Part shown: positions 52,525-62,745 of the stretch, in pieces | How the letters are laid out: each line of letters starts with the position of its first letter | How positions within the stretch are numbered: the stretch's first letter is position 1 | NCBI GenBank assembly: GCA_902538565.1 | Contig: CACBFQ010000002.1 | Span: 285,908-349,907 of the forward strand | Direction: 5' to 3' | From: an uncultured Fidelibacterota bacterium | GTDB lineage: Bacteria > Fidelibacterota > Marinisomatia > Marinisomatales > Marinisomataceae | DNA: 64,000 nt | The notes under the pieces: generated by a model | Seen by the model: the letters and a program-made list of their open reading frames with translations, nothing else | Database searches by the model: none | Told to the model about the DNA's origin: nothing | Position numbers and translations under genes: made by a program

Positions 52525-52799
52525 GTATTATTTATTTTTGCTTGATTAATTAAATCCCTTAGCATTGGTTTAATATAAACATTATCAAGATTAATTTGAC
52601 TAAAACACTTTGCTAAAACATACAATCTCTGTTCAAGAGGTTTGTGTTTATTGATTACAATAGTATCATTGGAAAATAATAAACAATTATCGCCATTAAA
52701 ATCACCTTTATCATGAATGATTTTTATGTTACATTTTTCTCCAAGTTCTAGAAAATCTTCTAATAATTGTGTTTTCTTTTTATCAAGCTTTTTTTTCAT
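52521..52799 (-). CDS. Conserved hypothetical protein
   Basis: KGDFNGDNC...IVINK...YIKPMLR pattern; overlaps both neighbours. Confidence 0.7.
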   Translation of the reverse strand: MKKKLDKKKTQLLEDFLELGEKCNIKIIHDKGDFNGDNCLLFSNDTIVINKHKPLEQRLYVLAKCFSQINLDNVYIKPMLRDLINQAKINNT

Positions 52800-53206
52800 T
52801 TACCAATTCCAGTTAAATCACTGCTGCTTCTTATCTTATCACCCAAACCATCGACCATTTTAATATTATATTTTTTCATAACGACAGTTTCAGGAATTTC
52901 CTCCAAAGATCTATCTCCCCCATTTGCAAAAATATCAGGTTTTATTGCTTCTAAGCTTTTACAAACACTCTTGTCTGAATCAATACTTAAAAAAACTTCA
53001 TCAACGCATTTGAGGGCAGCGACAATTTCCATTCTGTCATTCTCATGCATAAAAAACTCTCCCTTTTTGATTTCTGCTTGATGATTATTATTTATAATAA
53101 CAATTAATTTATCTCCCAATTGACTAGCAAGCTGTAAATACTCTAAATGTCCAACATGAATTGGATCAAAATATCCACTAACAGCTACTACTATTTCTTT
53201 CTTCAT
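52796..53206 (-). CDS. Cytidylyltransferase-like nucleotidyltransferase (TagD/RfaE-II/RibL-like)
   Basis: SGYFDPIHVGH (HxGH), FANGGDR, KIRSSS. Start set at ATG 53206. Confidence 0.88.
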   Translation of the reverse strand: MKKEIVVAVSGYFDPIHVGHLEYLQLASQLGDKLIVIINNNHQAEIKKGEFFMHENDRMEIVAALKCVDEVFLSIDSDKSVCKSLEAIKPDIFANGGDRSLEEIPETVVMKKYNIKMVDGLGDKIRSSSDLTGIGK

Positions 53207-54258
53207 TGATTTATTTCCCAGTCTTCTATTTCTAATTCCCAATTCGTCCTTAATATTAATGAGTCTGGATAAACATAGAATTTTTCTGAGTTACTATCAT
53301 CTTGTAAATTTCCAGTATCAAGAATGTTATTATTATTTCGATCTTGATAGGCAAATAATTGATACGTTCCACTGATAACATTATCAATTTTAAATTTTCC
53401 ATCAAAAAATAATTCTGTTTTAAAACTATTATCTTCATTCCTTAATTCAATGACAACCGGGAGAATATAATTGCCATTAATATTACCTACAATATTTGCA
53501 AATTGCTCGATATCCTCTGCTACATTCAAAGAGTCTGATTCAACTTCAACTTCTTCAGCATTAAAAAAGAAATTTAACTCTGGAGTATTATCTTTTTTCA
53601 AATCAATAAAGCTTTCTGAAAAAAAAGATATTTTATTTTTTTCTAATGATAGTTTTGGATTATACAAGTCGACAGCCAAGACAGTGTATTTATCATATGC
53701 TAAATAACCAAAACTAAATTTATCGGAAGATGAAATTATATAATCAGGTTTCTTTGAAAGCAATTCATTCTTATCAATCATGCCTTTCCATAATAAGATT
53801 GAGGGTTTGTTATATGATCCAAATATTTTTCCTTTAATTGCTGCTTGATTGATTGAATTTGAAAGACTTATTGGAATAACAATGTTTTCATTTAACTTAA
53901 CATTTTGCTCATCAGATAAATTAGAATTCAATGATATAACATATGTTTTGTCCTTATCAAGATTGGATGGTAACGTAACTATTACCTCTTTCCCATAATA
54001 TTCAAAATCAATTTTTTGATTTACGGTTGGAAAAAGTTCGATTGCGTTTTTAAGAGACTCTTCTTTAATAAACTCATTAAAAGATAAGGTAATTTGTTGC
54101 CCCTGATTTAGATTTGTTAAAATTGCTGGAGAAGTTGACTTTAATTTTGGTGGATTAGAATCTAAAGGTCCTCCTTGAGGCGCTTTAACAGATGCACATG
54201 AAAATAGAACTAGCAAGCATAGAGCTAAGAGTATCTTATTTAATTGATTCAAGTACAT
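53203..54258 (-). CDS. Ig-like (Big_5-type) domain lipoprotein
   Basis: LFS-CAS...PQGGPLDSNPP, LSFNEFI, D.NNN..LD.G motif; start uncertain (54252-54267). Confidence 0.75.
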   Translation of the reverse strand: MYLNQLNKILLALCLLVLFSCASVKAPQGGPLDSNPPKLKSTSPAILTNLNQGQQITLSFNEFIKEESLKNAIELFPTVNQKIDFEYYGKEVIVTLPSNLDKDKTYVISLNSNLSDEQNVKLNENIVIPISLSNSINQAAIKGKIFGSYNKPSILLWKGMIDKNELLSKKPDYIISSSDKFSFGYLAYDKYTVLAVDLYNPKLSLEKNKISFFSESFIDLKKDNTPELNFFFNAEEVEVESDSLNVAEDIEQFANIVGNINGNYILPVVIELRNEDNSFKTELFFDGKFKIDNVISGTYQLFAYQDRNNNNILDTGNLQDDSNSEKFYVYPDSLILRTNWELEIEDWEINQ

Positions 54259-54691
54259 CAGATGCATGTGTTGCAGTTTTTACTTTACTATAAGCTTGTT
54301 CAATCATTCCATTTTCATCTATTAAATAAGATATCCTAAGAATACCCTCATATTCTCTTCCATACATTTTTTTAAGCCCCCATGCTTTATATTTTTTTAG
54401 AACACTTAATTCCGTATCTGATAAAATATCAAATTTAAATTCATTTTTTGTGCAAAAGTTTTTTTGAGCTTTAACTGAATCTTTACTAACACCTAAGATA
54501 GAAATATTTTGATTGTTAAAATTTTTGATGAGCTCATTGAACCCTATTCCTTCTTTAGTACAACCACTTGTACTTGCCTTGGGGAAAAACCATATAAGCA
54601 ACTTTTGACCTTTAAAATCTTTTAAAGATATAACGGTATCATCCTGATTTGGCAATGAAAACTCTGGAGCTTTTTGACCAATTTTTAACAT
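54236..54691 (-). CDS. bcp: Thioredoxin-dependent thiol peroxidase Bcp/PrxQ
   Basis: FFPKASTSGCTKE, GVSKDSV, resolving Cys in KNFC, RISYLID. Confidence 0.93.
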   Translation of the reverse strand: MLKIGQKAPEFSLPNQDDTVISLKDFKGQKLLIWFFPKASTSGCTKEGIGFNELIKNFNNQNISILGVSKDSVKAQKNFCTKNEFKFDILSDTELSVLKKYKAWGLKKMYGREYEGILRISYLIDENGMIEQAYSKVKTATHASDVLESIK

Positions 54692-54694
54692 AAT

Positions 54695-55816
54695 TTAATT
54701 CTCATATATTTTTAAATACTTATCAGACCATTTTACAAAAGTATTATTATTAATTTCATTTTTTATTTCATTTATCAAATCCAAATAATATGCTATGTTG
54801 GTTAAGGTTGCAATCCTCAGTCCAAACATCTCGTTCACTTTAAAAAGGTGTCTTAGATATGACTTTGAAAAAGTTTTTGCATACTCTATTGAACTATGTT
54901 TATCTATTGGTGATGTATCATTTGAATAAGCACTATTCATAATGTTTATAACACCATCATGTGTGAATATCTGACCATTTCTTGCATTCCTGGCGGGCAG
55001 CACACAATCAAACATATCTACCCCTCGTAAAATTGCTTTAACCAAATCTGTAGGCTTACCAACTCCCATCAAATATCTTGGTTGATCTACGGGCATATTT
55101 TTTCCTAATAACTCAACAATATCAAGCATTGGTTCTTTTTTTTCGCCAACTGAAAGTCCTCCAATTGCTATTCCGCATGAAGCATATGGAAGCATTTGAT
55201 TCAAACATTTTAATCTTTCTTCTGGATTAATACCCCCTTGAATTATTGGGAAAAGCGTTTGATTGTGATCATAAATGCTCGTTTTATCGTTTAGATATTT
55301 AAAAGCTTGCTCGGTCCATTTTTCAGTTAAAGTTGATGCTCTTCTAAGCTCTTTTTCAGAGCAATCTGCGGGAGGGCAATAATCAAAAGCCATAATTATG
55401 TCAGAACCTAACTGTCTTTGAACTTCCATCGATTTTTGGGGAGTAAAAAAATGTTCACTTCCATCTAAATGCGATCTAAAATTTACACCATCGCTAGTTA
55501 TTTCATTCATGTTGCTTAAAGAGAATACTTGATATCCGCCACTATCAGTTAGAATGCTTTTATCCCAATTTAAAAATTTATGCAACCCTTCATTTTCATG
55601 TATAATATCGGTTCCTGGTCTTAAATATAAATGATAGGTATTTGAAAGCATTATTTGAACACTCATATCATTTAAGTCATCTGGAGATAGTGTTTTTACA
55701 ACACCATGGGTTCCTACTGGCATAAAAACTGGAGTTTCTATTATAGAATGATCTGTTTCGATCAAGCCTGTTCGAGCTAGAGAATTATTATCTTCAGATA
55801 AAACTGAGAATTTCAA
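54695..55816 (-). CDS. tgt: tRNA-guanine transglycosylase (TTG start)
   Basis: TPVFMPVGT, NTYHLYLRPG, TDSGGYQVFSL, IIQGG, GGLSVGE, PRYLMGVG, DMFDCV. Confidence 0.97.
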   Translation of the reverse strand: MKFSVLSEDNNSLARTGLIETDHSIIETPVFMPVGTHGVVKTLSPDDLNDMSVQIMLSNTYHLYLRPGTDIIHENEGLHKFLNWDKSILTDSGGYQVFSLSNMNEITSDGVNFRSHLDGSEHFFTPQKSMEVQRQLGSDIIMAFDYCPPADCSEKELRRASTLTEKWTEQAFKYLNDKTSIYDHNQTLFPIIQGGINPEERLKCLNQMLPYASCGIAIGGLSVGEKKEPMLDIVELLGKNMPVDQPRYLMGVGKPTDLVKAILRGVDMFDCVLPARNARNGQIFTHDGVINIMNSAYSNDTSPIDKHSSIEYAKTFSKSYLRHLFKVNEMFGLRIATLTNIAYYLDLINEIKNEINNNTFVKWSDKYLKIYEN

Positions 55817-55821
55817 AAAAT

Positions 55822-58800
55822 TTACCAGTCGTAACCGAAAGATATTATATATTGTGGTTTTGAATAACCTCCACTTGGGTATTTATCCCATGCTGTATCA
55901 ATTCTAATTAAAGCAAATGGAGTAAAAATTTTTGTTCCGATACCAAAAGTAGTTAATATTGGAGAAGCTTCAGGATCTGTTAGCCCATATTTATTTCTAA
56001 CTAACTCACTATTATTGAATTCATCAGATGAATCCCAGGCTGCTCCAACATCTACAAAAAGATGACCAAAAATATTACCAAATCTAATTCTAGCAGGAAA
56101 ACTTACATCAACATAGTTAACAAATGGGAATCTAAATTCAAAGTTAGCTACAGCTACATTTTCTCCCACTCTTTCTCTATATCTTGCACCTCTTAATGGA
56201 AAGACATATTCACTAAAATAAACATCCTCTAGAATGCTTGTATTGTCATAATCAAGAACTCGTTGAGCATAAAATCCCGAATCATCTCTTCCTTCTGTTT
56301 GCGTGTCTGAAAAAATCATCATTTGTGAATTTCCACCTAAGAAAAACTTTTGAGGTCTATCTCCAACGCTTTTACCCAACATCAACCTTGCCGCTAAACT
56401 ATAATTTCTGTTAATCTTATAATATTTTCGCATATCAAATTTTAGAGTTTGAAATGGCATAGAATTTGAACCTATGTCAGGGCTAAATTGAAATGTAAGA
56501 TATTGCTTAAATCCATCTACTGGACCAGTATAACCATTAGTAGAATTATCAAATACAAAACTTGTAATAGGAACCACTGCTTTTAAATTTTCTTTATAAT
56601 TTGTTGACGTTTGAAAAGTAAAAATATCAAATTGCTTAATTTCATAATCTACATTTCTGAGTGTTGCTCCAAAATCTAATCTCATAAATTTAGAAAAAGG
56701 GTATTGTCCGTAAAATCCAATACCGTAATCTCTAAGTTGGCCAATGAAGTCATAATTCATATTATATCCCAAAGAAAATGTATTAGCTTGTTGGAATAAT
56801 GTAGTATAATAATTTGTTCTATTTTTTAGATATGCATACTGAACTACTAAATCGCTATTATTTAAATCTAGAACTAAATTGGTACCAACGTTGATTCTAT
56901 GATCACCCATTACGTCGCTCCACGATAAGTTTGCGACACCACGAGTTCCAAAAAGATTATCAATGGTTGCTGTGGTGGCTATATAATCTACAGAAAAATC
57001 AGTTTGATATTTTCTTGCTAAATAATCATCCTTAAAACGCAAAGAATCAACTTCTACTTCTTCATTATTATCTTTCTTATCATTTCTGTACTGATAATTT
57101 CTGGCAAAAATATATTTGGAATAATCTTCTGGACTTAATGTGACTTTTTTGCTAGTAAAAGTTCTTAAATCTTCAAAATCAGTATTACGGTTTTTATTTG
57201 CATAAAATTTTGTAGGCTTAATTTCCTTTTCTGAAAAAGAATTAGGATTTTTCATTATATATAAATCCCAACCTCGTTTCTTAAATCCTGAAAAAACCAA
57301 ATTATCACTACTATCTAAATCTATCTGCTGAACACCAGTTACAACATTAGTAATTGGAAAAGCTTCATTATTACTAAGATTATGTTTAAAAATATTTGTA
57401 ATACCATTATAGTCTGCAGTATAAAATAAATTTCCATCTGAACTGGCAACTGGATAATTTTCATTATATTCAGTATTAGTTATTTGAGAAACTGTATTGG
57501 TTTGATAACTATATTGAAATATATCGGTTTGAGAAAAATCAACATCATACATATTGTTAGCGCTAGTATTTTGACCTCTATCTGAAGTAAAATAAATTAT
57601 TTCACCATTTGAAGACCAGCTTGGTGAAGATTCTGAAAAGATATCGTTGGTAATATTTGTAACCTCTTTTGTTGTTAAATCAATAACATAAATGTCACTT
57701 GAATCATCCTTGTGACCCATAAATGCAATCCTATTTTCAGTTGGGTGCCATGAAGTAGTAAAAACTCCATCAAGATCTATAGGAATCTTTTTATATTTTC
57801 CAGATTTAATATCTACAATGATAATTGAATCTTGCTCTCCGCTCTTAGAAGCAAATGATATAGATTTCCCATCTGGTGACCAAGAAATTCCAGGTTGCAA
57901 CCATTTTAATTCCTCAAAATCTGGAGTAGTATTTCCTCTAATTAGGCGCCTTTTTTGCTTTTCAGAATCAACCTCATATAAAATTAAATCCATATAGCCA
58001 TCTTGGTCAGAAAAGTAAGCAATAGTATTACCATCTGGCGAAAATGAAGGGCTAACATTATAAAAATTTCTTGTTTCAGTTCTATCAGTTATTTTTGTTG
58101 AAAAGTCATCAAAATTTTCCCTATTTACTAGATCAGGCCAATATTCCCTTTTAACAAAATCATGCCAATCTTCAGTAAGTTTTTCATAATCAACTCCTAG
58201 AGCGCTTTCAAAACCACGCTCATCATTCTGCGCTCTTTTCATTTGCTGAAAAATTTCACCAACTTTCTCTCTACCATATTTTTGAGTAATGTATTGCCAA
58301 ACAGACTGTCCTCCTTTATATGCTAAAATAGAATAATTAAGTTCAGGTATTGAAGGCAGTCTGTCTTCAATTGCTAGATCTCTTAGTACCATATCTGAAT
58401 TAGTATCCCAGTCAACAGATAAAAATTCAGCTAAACCTTCATTAGCCCATAGCGGAACTTGTACACGGATTCTTCCACTTATCAAACCTTGTGCATTTCC
58501 TCCATACACCAGCTCATTTATCGCTGCATGAACGAGCTCATGATGAATTACATGTTCAAACTGTTCGTAAGAACCTTCAAAAGGAATAACAATTCTATTT
58601 TTATATAATTCCGTTACTCCCCCAACACCCTCTGACATATATACATTTACAACGTTTGTTTGCTGGAAATCGTTATGGGATGTATAAACAATAATTTTAA
58701 TTGGTTTATTACTTCTCCATCTTAAATGTTTTCCAATTTGCTCGATGGATCTTTCTGCTACTTTAGATGTAAAAATAGCTAGGTCTTTATTATCTCCGTA

Positions 58801-58929
58801 GTAATAAATATTGGTATTTGGACTTACAATGTATTCCCAATTAAAGGATTCATATTGAACCTTATTTTGCCCAAAACTTTGTGGATATAAAAGATTAGTT
58901 AATAATAATATAGTAAGTATAATGCGCAT
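55822..58929 (-). CDS. Omp85/BamA-family protein fused to an N-terminal gluzincin-like peptidase domain and PD40/TolB-like propeller
   Basis: FGQNKVQY start, HHELVH + W..EGLAE, repeated PSFSPDG/SWSPDG/PSWSSNG, barrel motif PLRGARY, C-terminal ISFGYDW. Confidence 0.85.
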   Translation of the reverse strand: MRIILTILLLTNLLYPQSFGQNKVQYESFNWEYIVSPNTNIYYYGDNKDLAIFTSKVAERSIEQIGKHLRWRSNKPIKIIVYTSHNDFQQTNVVNVYMSEGVGGVTELYKNRIVIPFEGSYEQFEHVIHHELVHAAINELVYGGNAQGLISGRIRVQVPLWANEGLAEFLSVDWDTNSDMVLRDLAIEDRLPSIPELNYSILAYKGGQSVWQYITQKYGREKVGEIFQQMKRAQNDERGFESALGVDYEKLTEDWHDFVKREYWPDLVNRENFDDFSTKITDRTETRNFYNVSPSFSPDGNTIAYFSDQDGYMDLILYEVDSEKQKRRLIRGNTTPDFEELKWLQPGISWSPDGKSISFASKSGEQDSIIIVDIKSGKYKKIPIDLDGVFTTSWHPTENRIAFMGHKDDSSDIYVIDLTTKEVTNITNDIFSESSPSWSSNGEIIYFTSDRGQNTSANNMYDVDFSQTDIFQYSYQTNTVSQITNTEYNENYPVASSDGNLFYTADYNGITNIFKHNLSNNEAFPITNVVTGVQQIDLDSSDNLVFSGFKKRGWDLYIMKNPNSFSEKEIKPTKFYANKNRNTDFEDLRTFTSKKVTLSPEDYSKYIFARNYQYRNDKKDNNEEVEVDSLRFKDDYLARKYQTDFSVDYIATTATIDNLFGTRGVANLSWSDVMGDHRINVGTNLVLDLNNSDLVVQYAYLKNRTNYYTTLFQQANTFSLGYNMNYDFIGQLRDYGIGFYGQYPFSKFMRLDFGATLRNVDYEIKQFDIFTFQTSTNYKENLKAVVPITSFVFDNSTNGYTGPVDGFKQYLTFQFSPDIGSNSMPFQTLKFDMRKYYKINRNYSLAARLMLGKSVGDRPQKFFLGGNSQMMIFSDTQTEGRDDSGFYAQRVLDYDNTSILEDVYFSEYVFPLRGARYRERVGENVAVANFEFRFPFVNYVDVSFPARIRFGNIFGHLFVDVGAAWDSSDEFNNSELVRNKYGLTDPEASPILTTFGIGTKIFTPFALIRIDTAWDKYPSGGYSKPQYIISFGYDW

Positions 58930-59075
58930 ATGATTTTATAAGTTAAAAAATTGACAAAGTTTCAAATAATTTATTTATTCAAAATATTTTTATTATCAAA
59001 GATAGTATAATTTAAGACAAAAATTTTAAATTATTAATTCATTGATGCAATTTTTATAAAAGATTAAGTTTTTTA

Positions 59076-59807
59076 ATGCAATTGCCAATCTATTTTTTTG
59101 GAGATAATCACTTTTCTCCAACTCCTTCATTATCTAATGAAAATAAAATCAAGAAGATGGAAGAGTTTATTCATGTAATTGAAAAGTCTAAAGGAAGTAT
59201 CTTTATTATGGGGGATTTTTTTGATTATTACTTCGAATACAATAAAAATAATCCAAATTATTTTGAAAAGATTTTTTTATTACTAGAAAAAATAAAAAGC
59301 AAAGGAATTGAAATATATTTTATAGCAGGCAATCATGATTTTTGGATAGGAAAAGAATTTGAATCACTAATAACAAAATCTTTTTTAAATGATCAAATTT
59401 TATTTGCAGGTAATAAAAGAATTTATGTTACTCATGGAGACGGTATCCTATCTTGGGATAAAGGATATCGATTATTGAAGATTATTTTAAGAAGTAAAAT
59501 TTTTCGTTTTTTATACTCTTTATTACCAAAAAGTATTGCGTTAAAAGTTGCAGAAAAAATTTCATATGAAAGAAAAGATTCACATAAAATTGATAATAAA
59601 AAGTTAGATAAAATTCATTTGGAGTTGATTGAATACGCTAGATCAAAGTGGAATAAAGATTGTGACATTGTAATCATGGGTCACTACCATCATTCATTTA
59701 ATTTTAATGAAAATCAAAAACAATTAATTATACTTGATGATTGTTGTGATCAACAATTTAATTATGCCAAATATGATGGTAATTCAATTAGTATAAAAAG
59801 TTTATAA
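59076..59807 (+). CDS. lpxH: UDP-2,3-diacylglucosamine diphosphatase (LpxH-like metallophosphoesterase)
   Basis: GDNH, MGDFFDY, GNHDFW, HGDG, MGHYH. Confidence 0.85.
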   Translation: MQLPIYFFGDNHFSPTPSLSNENKIKKMEEFIHVIEKSKGSIFIMGDFFDYYFEYNKNNPNYFEKIFLLLEKIKSKGIEIYFIAGNHDFWIGKEFESLITKSFLNDQILFAGNKRIYVTHGDGILSWDKGYRLLKIILRSKIFRFLYSLLPKSIALKVAEKISYERKDSHKIDNKKLDKIHLELIEYARSKWNKDCDIVIMGHYHHSFNFNENQKQLIILDDCCDQQFNYAKYDGNSISIKSL

Positions 59808-60731
59808 CTAAACTTTATTTGCTAGAGTTACCATAATAGCATTTTGGGTATGTAGTCTATTCTCAGCTTGCTCAAATACTATGGAATTTTGAGAATCAAT
59901 TACTTGATCGGTAACTTCTCTACCTCTTTCAGCTGGCAAGCAATGCATAAACATATAATCATTTTTTGCATGTTGAATCAAATCATGATTTACCTGCAAA
60001 GGAGAAAATATTTTTACCCTTTCATCAACTTCTTCTTTTTGACCCATTGATGCCCAAACATCTGTATAAATAACATCAGCATCTTTTACTCCCTGAATTG
60101 GGTCATGAAGAATATTTATTGAAGAAATATTTTTAGAATTGGCATATGAAATTGTTTCTGGATCAGGTTCATACCCTTCAGGACAGACGCAAGTGAATTC
60201 AAAAGGTAATACTGAAGCTAATCTTATCCATGAGTTAACAATATTATTTCCATCTCCAACATATACAATCTTTAAATCACTTAAATTATCCTTTTTTTGC
60301 TCCCAAATTGTAAACATATCAGTAAGAATTTGGCATGGATGGTTATAATCAGTTAAACCATTCACAACTGGAACAGTAGCATGTTTTTCAAATTCCAACA
60401 TATCATTATGACTATATACTCTTGCCATAATCATATCATTATATCTACTGAAAAGTTGAGCTAAATCACCTGCACTCTCACGAGTTCCTAAGCCGATATC
60501 TTGGGGAGCTAAATAAATTGCATGCCCTCCCATCCAAGCAAAACCTGTTTCAAATGAAACTCTGGTTCGTGCAGAAGGTTTTGCAAATATCATAGCCATG
60601 GAGTTGTCTTTGAAGGGTTGATAACTTTCTTTATTTCTGTATTTAGATTTTAATTCAGAAGCCAATTCAAATAAATCTAAAATCTCATTTTTACTAAAGT
60701 CATCTACTTTTATACAATGTTTTATGCTCAT
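59808..60731 (-). CDS. argF: Ornithine carbamoyltransferase
   Basis: PSARTRVSF, HPCQILTD, GDGNN, DVWASMG, MHCLPA. Confidence 0.95.
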   Translation of the reverse strand: MSIKHCIKVDDFSKNEILDLFELASELKSKYRNKESYQPFKDNSMAMIFAKPSARTRVSFETGFAWMGGHAIYLAPQDIGLGTRESAGDLAQLFSRYNDMIMARVYSHNDMLEFEKHATVPVVNGLTDYNHPCQILTDMFTIWEQKKDNLSDLKIVYVGDGNNIVNSWIRLASVLPFEFTCVCPEGYEPDPETISYANSKNISSINILHDPIQGVKDADVIYTDVWASMGQKEEVDERVKIFSPLQVNHDLIQHAKNDYMFMHCLPAERGREVTDQVIDSQNSIVFEQAENRLHTQNAIMVTLANKV

Positions 60732-62017
60732 TTTTCTATCCTTTGATTTACATTTTTAATATCTAATAGCTTTCTATACTTAGCAACCGTTCTTCTTGCT
60801 ATTAGAAAATCTTTTTCATTTAATTTCTCTACAATATCTGAATCAGATAATGGAGATTTTTTATCCTCGGCATCTATTATTTCAAGCATCACTTTTTTAA
60901 GCTCATTCGTAGATGCAGTTTTACCAGATTTTTTAGTTAATGTGTTTGAAAATAAACTTTTTAAACTAATTAATCCAATTGGTGCATCAATATATTTATT
61001 TTTGACCACTCTACTAATACTTGAAATATCTTTATCAATTTTATTTGCAATGTCTTCTAATTTTAACGGATTTAAAAATTCACTTTTATTGCTTAAAAAA
61101 TTTCCTTGTACTAATAAAATCTGCTCAATAACATCCTTTAGTGTATTAGATCTATAATTCAATGTATCTAAGATATTTTGTGCATCACTAATATGGTTTT
61201 TTAAGAAAGTTTTTTCTTCTTTTGAAGAATTTGAATTCATTGCTGCATCTAGATAATCTTGCGAAATTTGATACTTATTTAATAGTCTATCATTTATAAG
61301 AATCAACCACTTATCTTCTTTCTCCTTCACTATAGCGTCTGGTAAAACATTTTCGATGCCTAAATCATTATCAAGAATTGGAGAGAAATTTTGATCTGAA
61401 ATGAATGAAAAGGCTTCATCAATTTCTTTGTCCTTACAATTTATATGTTGTTTTATCTTATCTTTATCCTGATTTAAAAAATCATCAAAATAATTTTCAA
61501 CTATTTTGTTTGATAGTGTATTAGAATTTCCAATTTGAAAAGTTAAATACTCTTTCAAATCTTTGCTTCCCACACCCACTGGATTAAGCTCCATTACTTC
61601 TTTTCTGATTTGTTCTACTTCTTCAACATCAACATTATGATTATCTGCTATTAACTCTAACTCAGTATCTAAAAATCCATTTTTATCTAAATTAAATACT
61701 ATTTCTTTTCCAATTAATTTTGATTTCTCATCAAGATTTGATGTATCAATTTGAGTTATTAAATCGTCTGTGATGTCCTTGCTTTCTGGAATATTTGATA
61801 AGAATAATTCATAGCTACTTTGATCTTGAAATGAATCAACCTGATTATTTAATCTTGATTCTTCAATGCTTTTTTCTTCAATTACAGGATTTACTTGTAT
61901 TTCATTTTCCAAATCTTTTTCAAGCTCATCAATAGACAACTCTAATAGTCTAGATTTTATAATTTGCTGAGGAACTATAGATTGTTTTTGTCTAAGCTTG
62001 GTAGAAAGTTTGTTCAT
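60728..62017 (-). CDS. rpoN: RNA polymerase sigma-54 factor
   Basis: Q-rich region I, NPVIEE, PVGVG, PLSDSDI, RpoN box ARRTVAKYR. Confidence 0.93.
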   Translation of the reverse strand: MNKLSTKLRQKQSIVPQQIIKSRLLELSIDELEKDLENEIQVNPVIEEKSIEESRLNNQVDSFQDQSSYELFLSNIPESKDITDDLITQIDTSNLDEKSKLIGKEIVFNLDKNGFLDTELELIADNHNVDVEEVEQIRKEVMELNPVGVGSKDLKEYLTFQIGNSNTLSNKIVENYFDDFLNQDKDKIKQHINCKDKEIDEAFSFISDQNFSPILDNDLGIENVLPDAIVKEKEDKWLILINDRLLNKYQISQDYLDAAMNSNSSKEEKTFLKNHISDAQNILDTLNYRSNTLKDVIEQILLVQGNFLSNKSEFLNPLKLEDIANKIDKDISSISRVVKNKYIDAPIGLISLKSLFSNTLTKKSGKTASTNELKKVMLEIIDAEDKKSPLSDSDIVEKLNEKDFLIARRTVAKYRKLLDIKNVNQRIEK

Positions 62018-62745
62018 TGATCCAATTTAAAATTTTTACCCAAGTATATTCTTCTGACTTCCTCATCATTTGCTAAGGTTTGGGCATCTCCAGATTTTAA
62101 TATCTTTCCTCCGTATAGAAGGTATGACCTATCTGTAATTGAAAGTGTCTCTCTAACATTATGATCAGTAATTAGCACTCCAATATTTTGCTGTTTTAGA
62201 GAAATAATCATCTGCTGAATATCTTCAACCGCAATCGGATCAACACCTGCAAATGGTTCATCTAACAATACAAAGTCAGGTTTTAAAGCTAAAGTGCGAC
62301 ATATTTCAACTCTTCGTCTTTCTCCACCTGATAATCCAGCTCCAATATTATTTCTTATGTGAGAAATATTAAATTGGTTTAGTAGTTTATCAATTAGTTG
62401 ATTTTGTTCTTCTTTGTTAGGAATAATTGTTTCAAGCACAATTTTCAAATTATCTTCGACACTTAATTTCCCAAAAATTGATGGTTCTTGAGCTAAATAT
62501 CCAATCCCCATTCTAGCTCTTTTGTACATTGGAAACTTTGTTATATCTTCATCTCCAAAAATTATTTTACCTGAAGAAGGCCTTATCATACCAGTAATCA
62601 TATAAAATGTTGTGGTCTTTCCTGCCCCGTTCGGTCCTAAAAGACCTACAACTTCACCTTTATTTAAATTTAAATCAATGTCATTAACGGCATAAAAATC
62701 TCCATATTTTTTAACAAGATTTTGTGCTCTTAATACTTTAGTCAT
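62014..62745 (-). CDS. lptB: LPS export ABC transporter ATP-binding protein
   Basis: GPNGAGKT, YLAQEPSIF, LSGGERRRVEI, DEPFAGVDP, YLGKNF. Confidence 0.96.
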   Translation of the reverse strand: MTKVLRAQNLVKKYGDFYAVNDIDLNLNKGEVVGLLGPNGAGKTTTFYMITGMIRPSSGKIIFGDEDITKFPMYKRARMGIGYLAQEPSIFGKLSVEDNLKIVLETIIPNKEEQNQLIDKLLNQFNISHIRNNIGAGLSGGERRRVEICRTLALKPDFVLLDEPFAGVDPIAVEDIQQMIISLKQQNIGVLITDHNVRETLSITDRSYLLYGGKILKSGDAQTLANDEEVRRIYLGKNFKLDQ

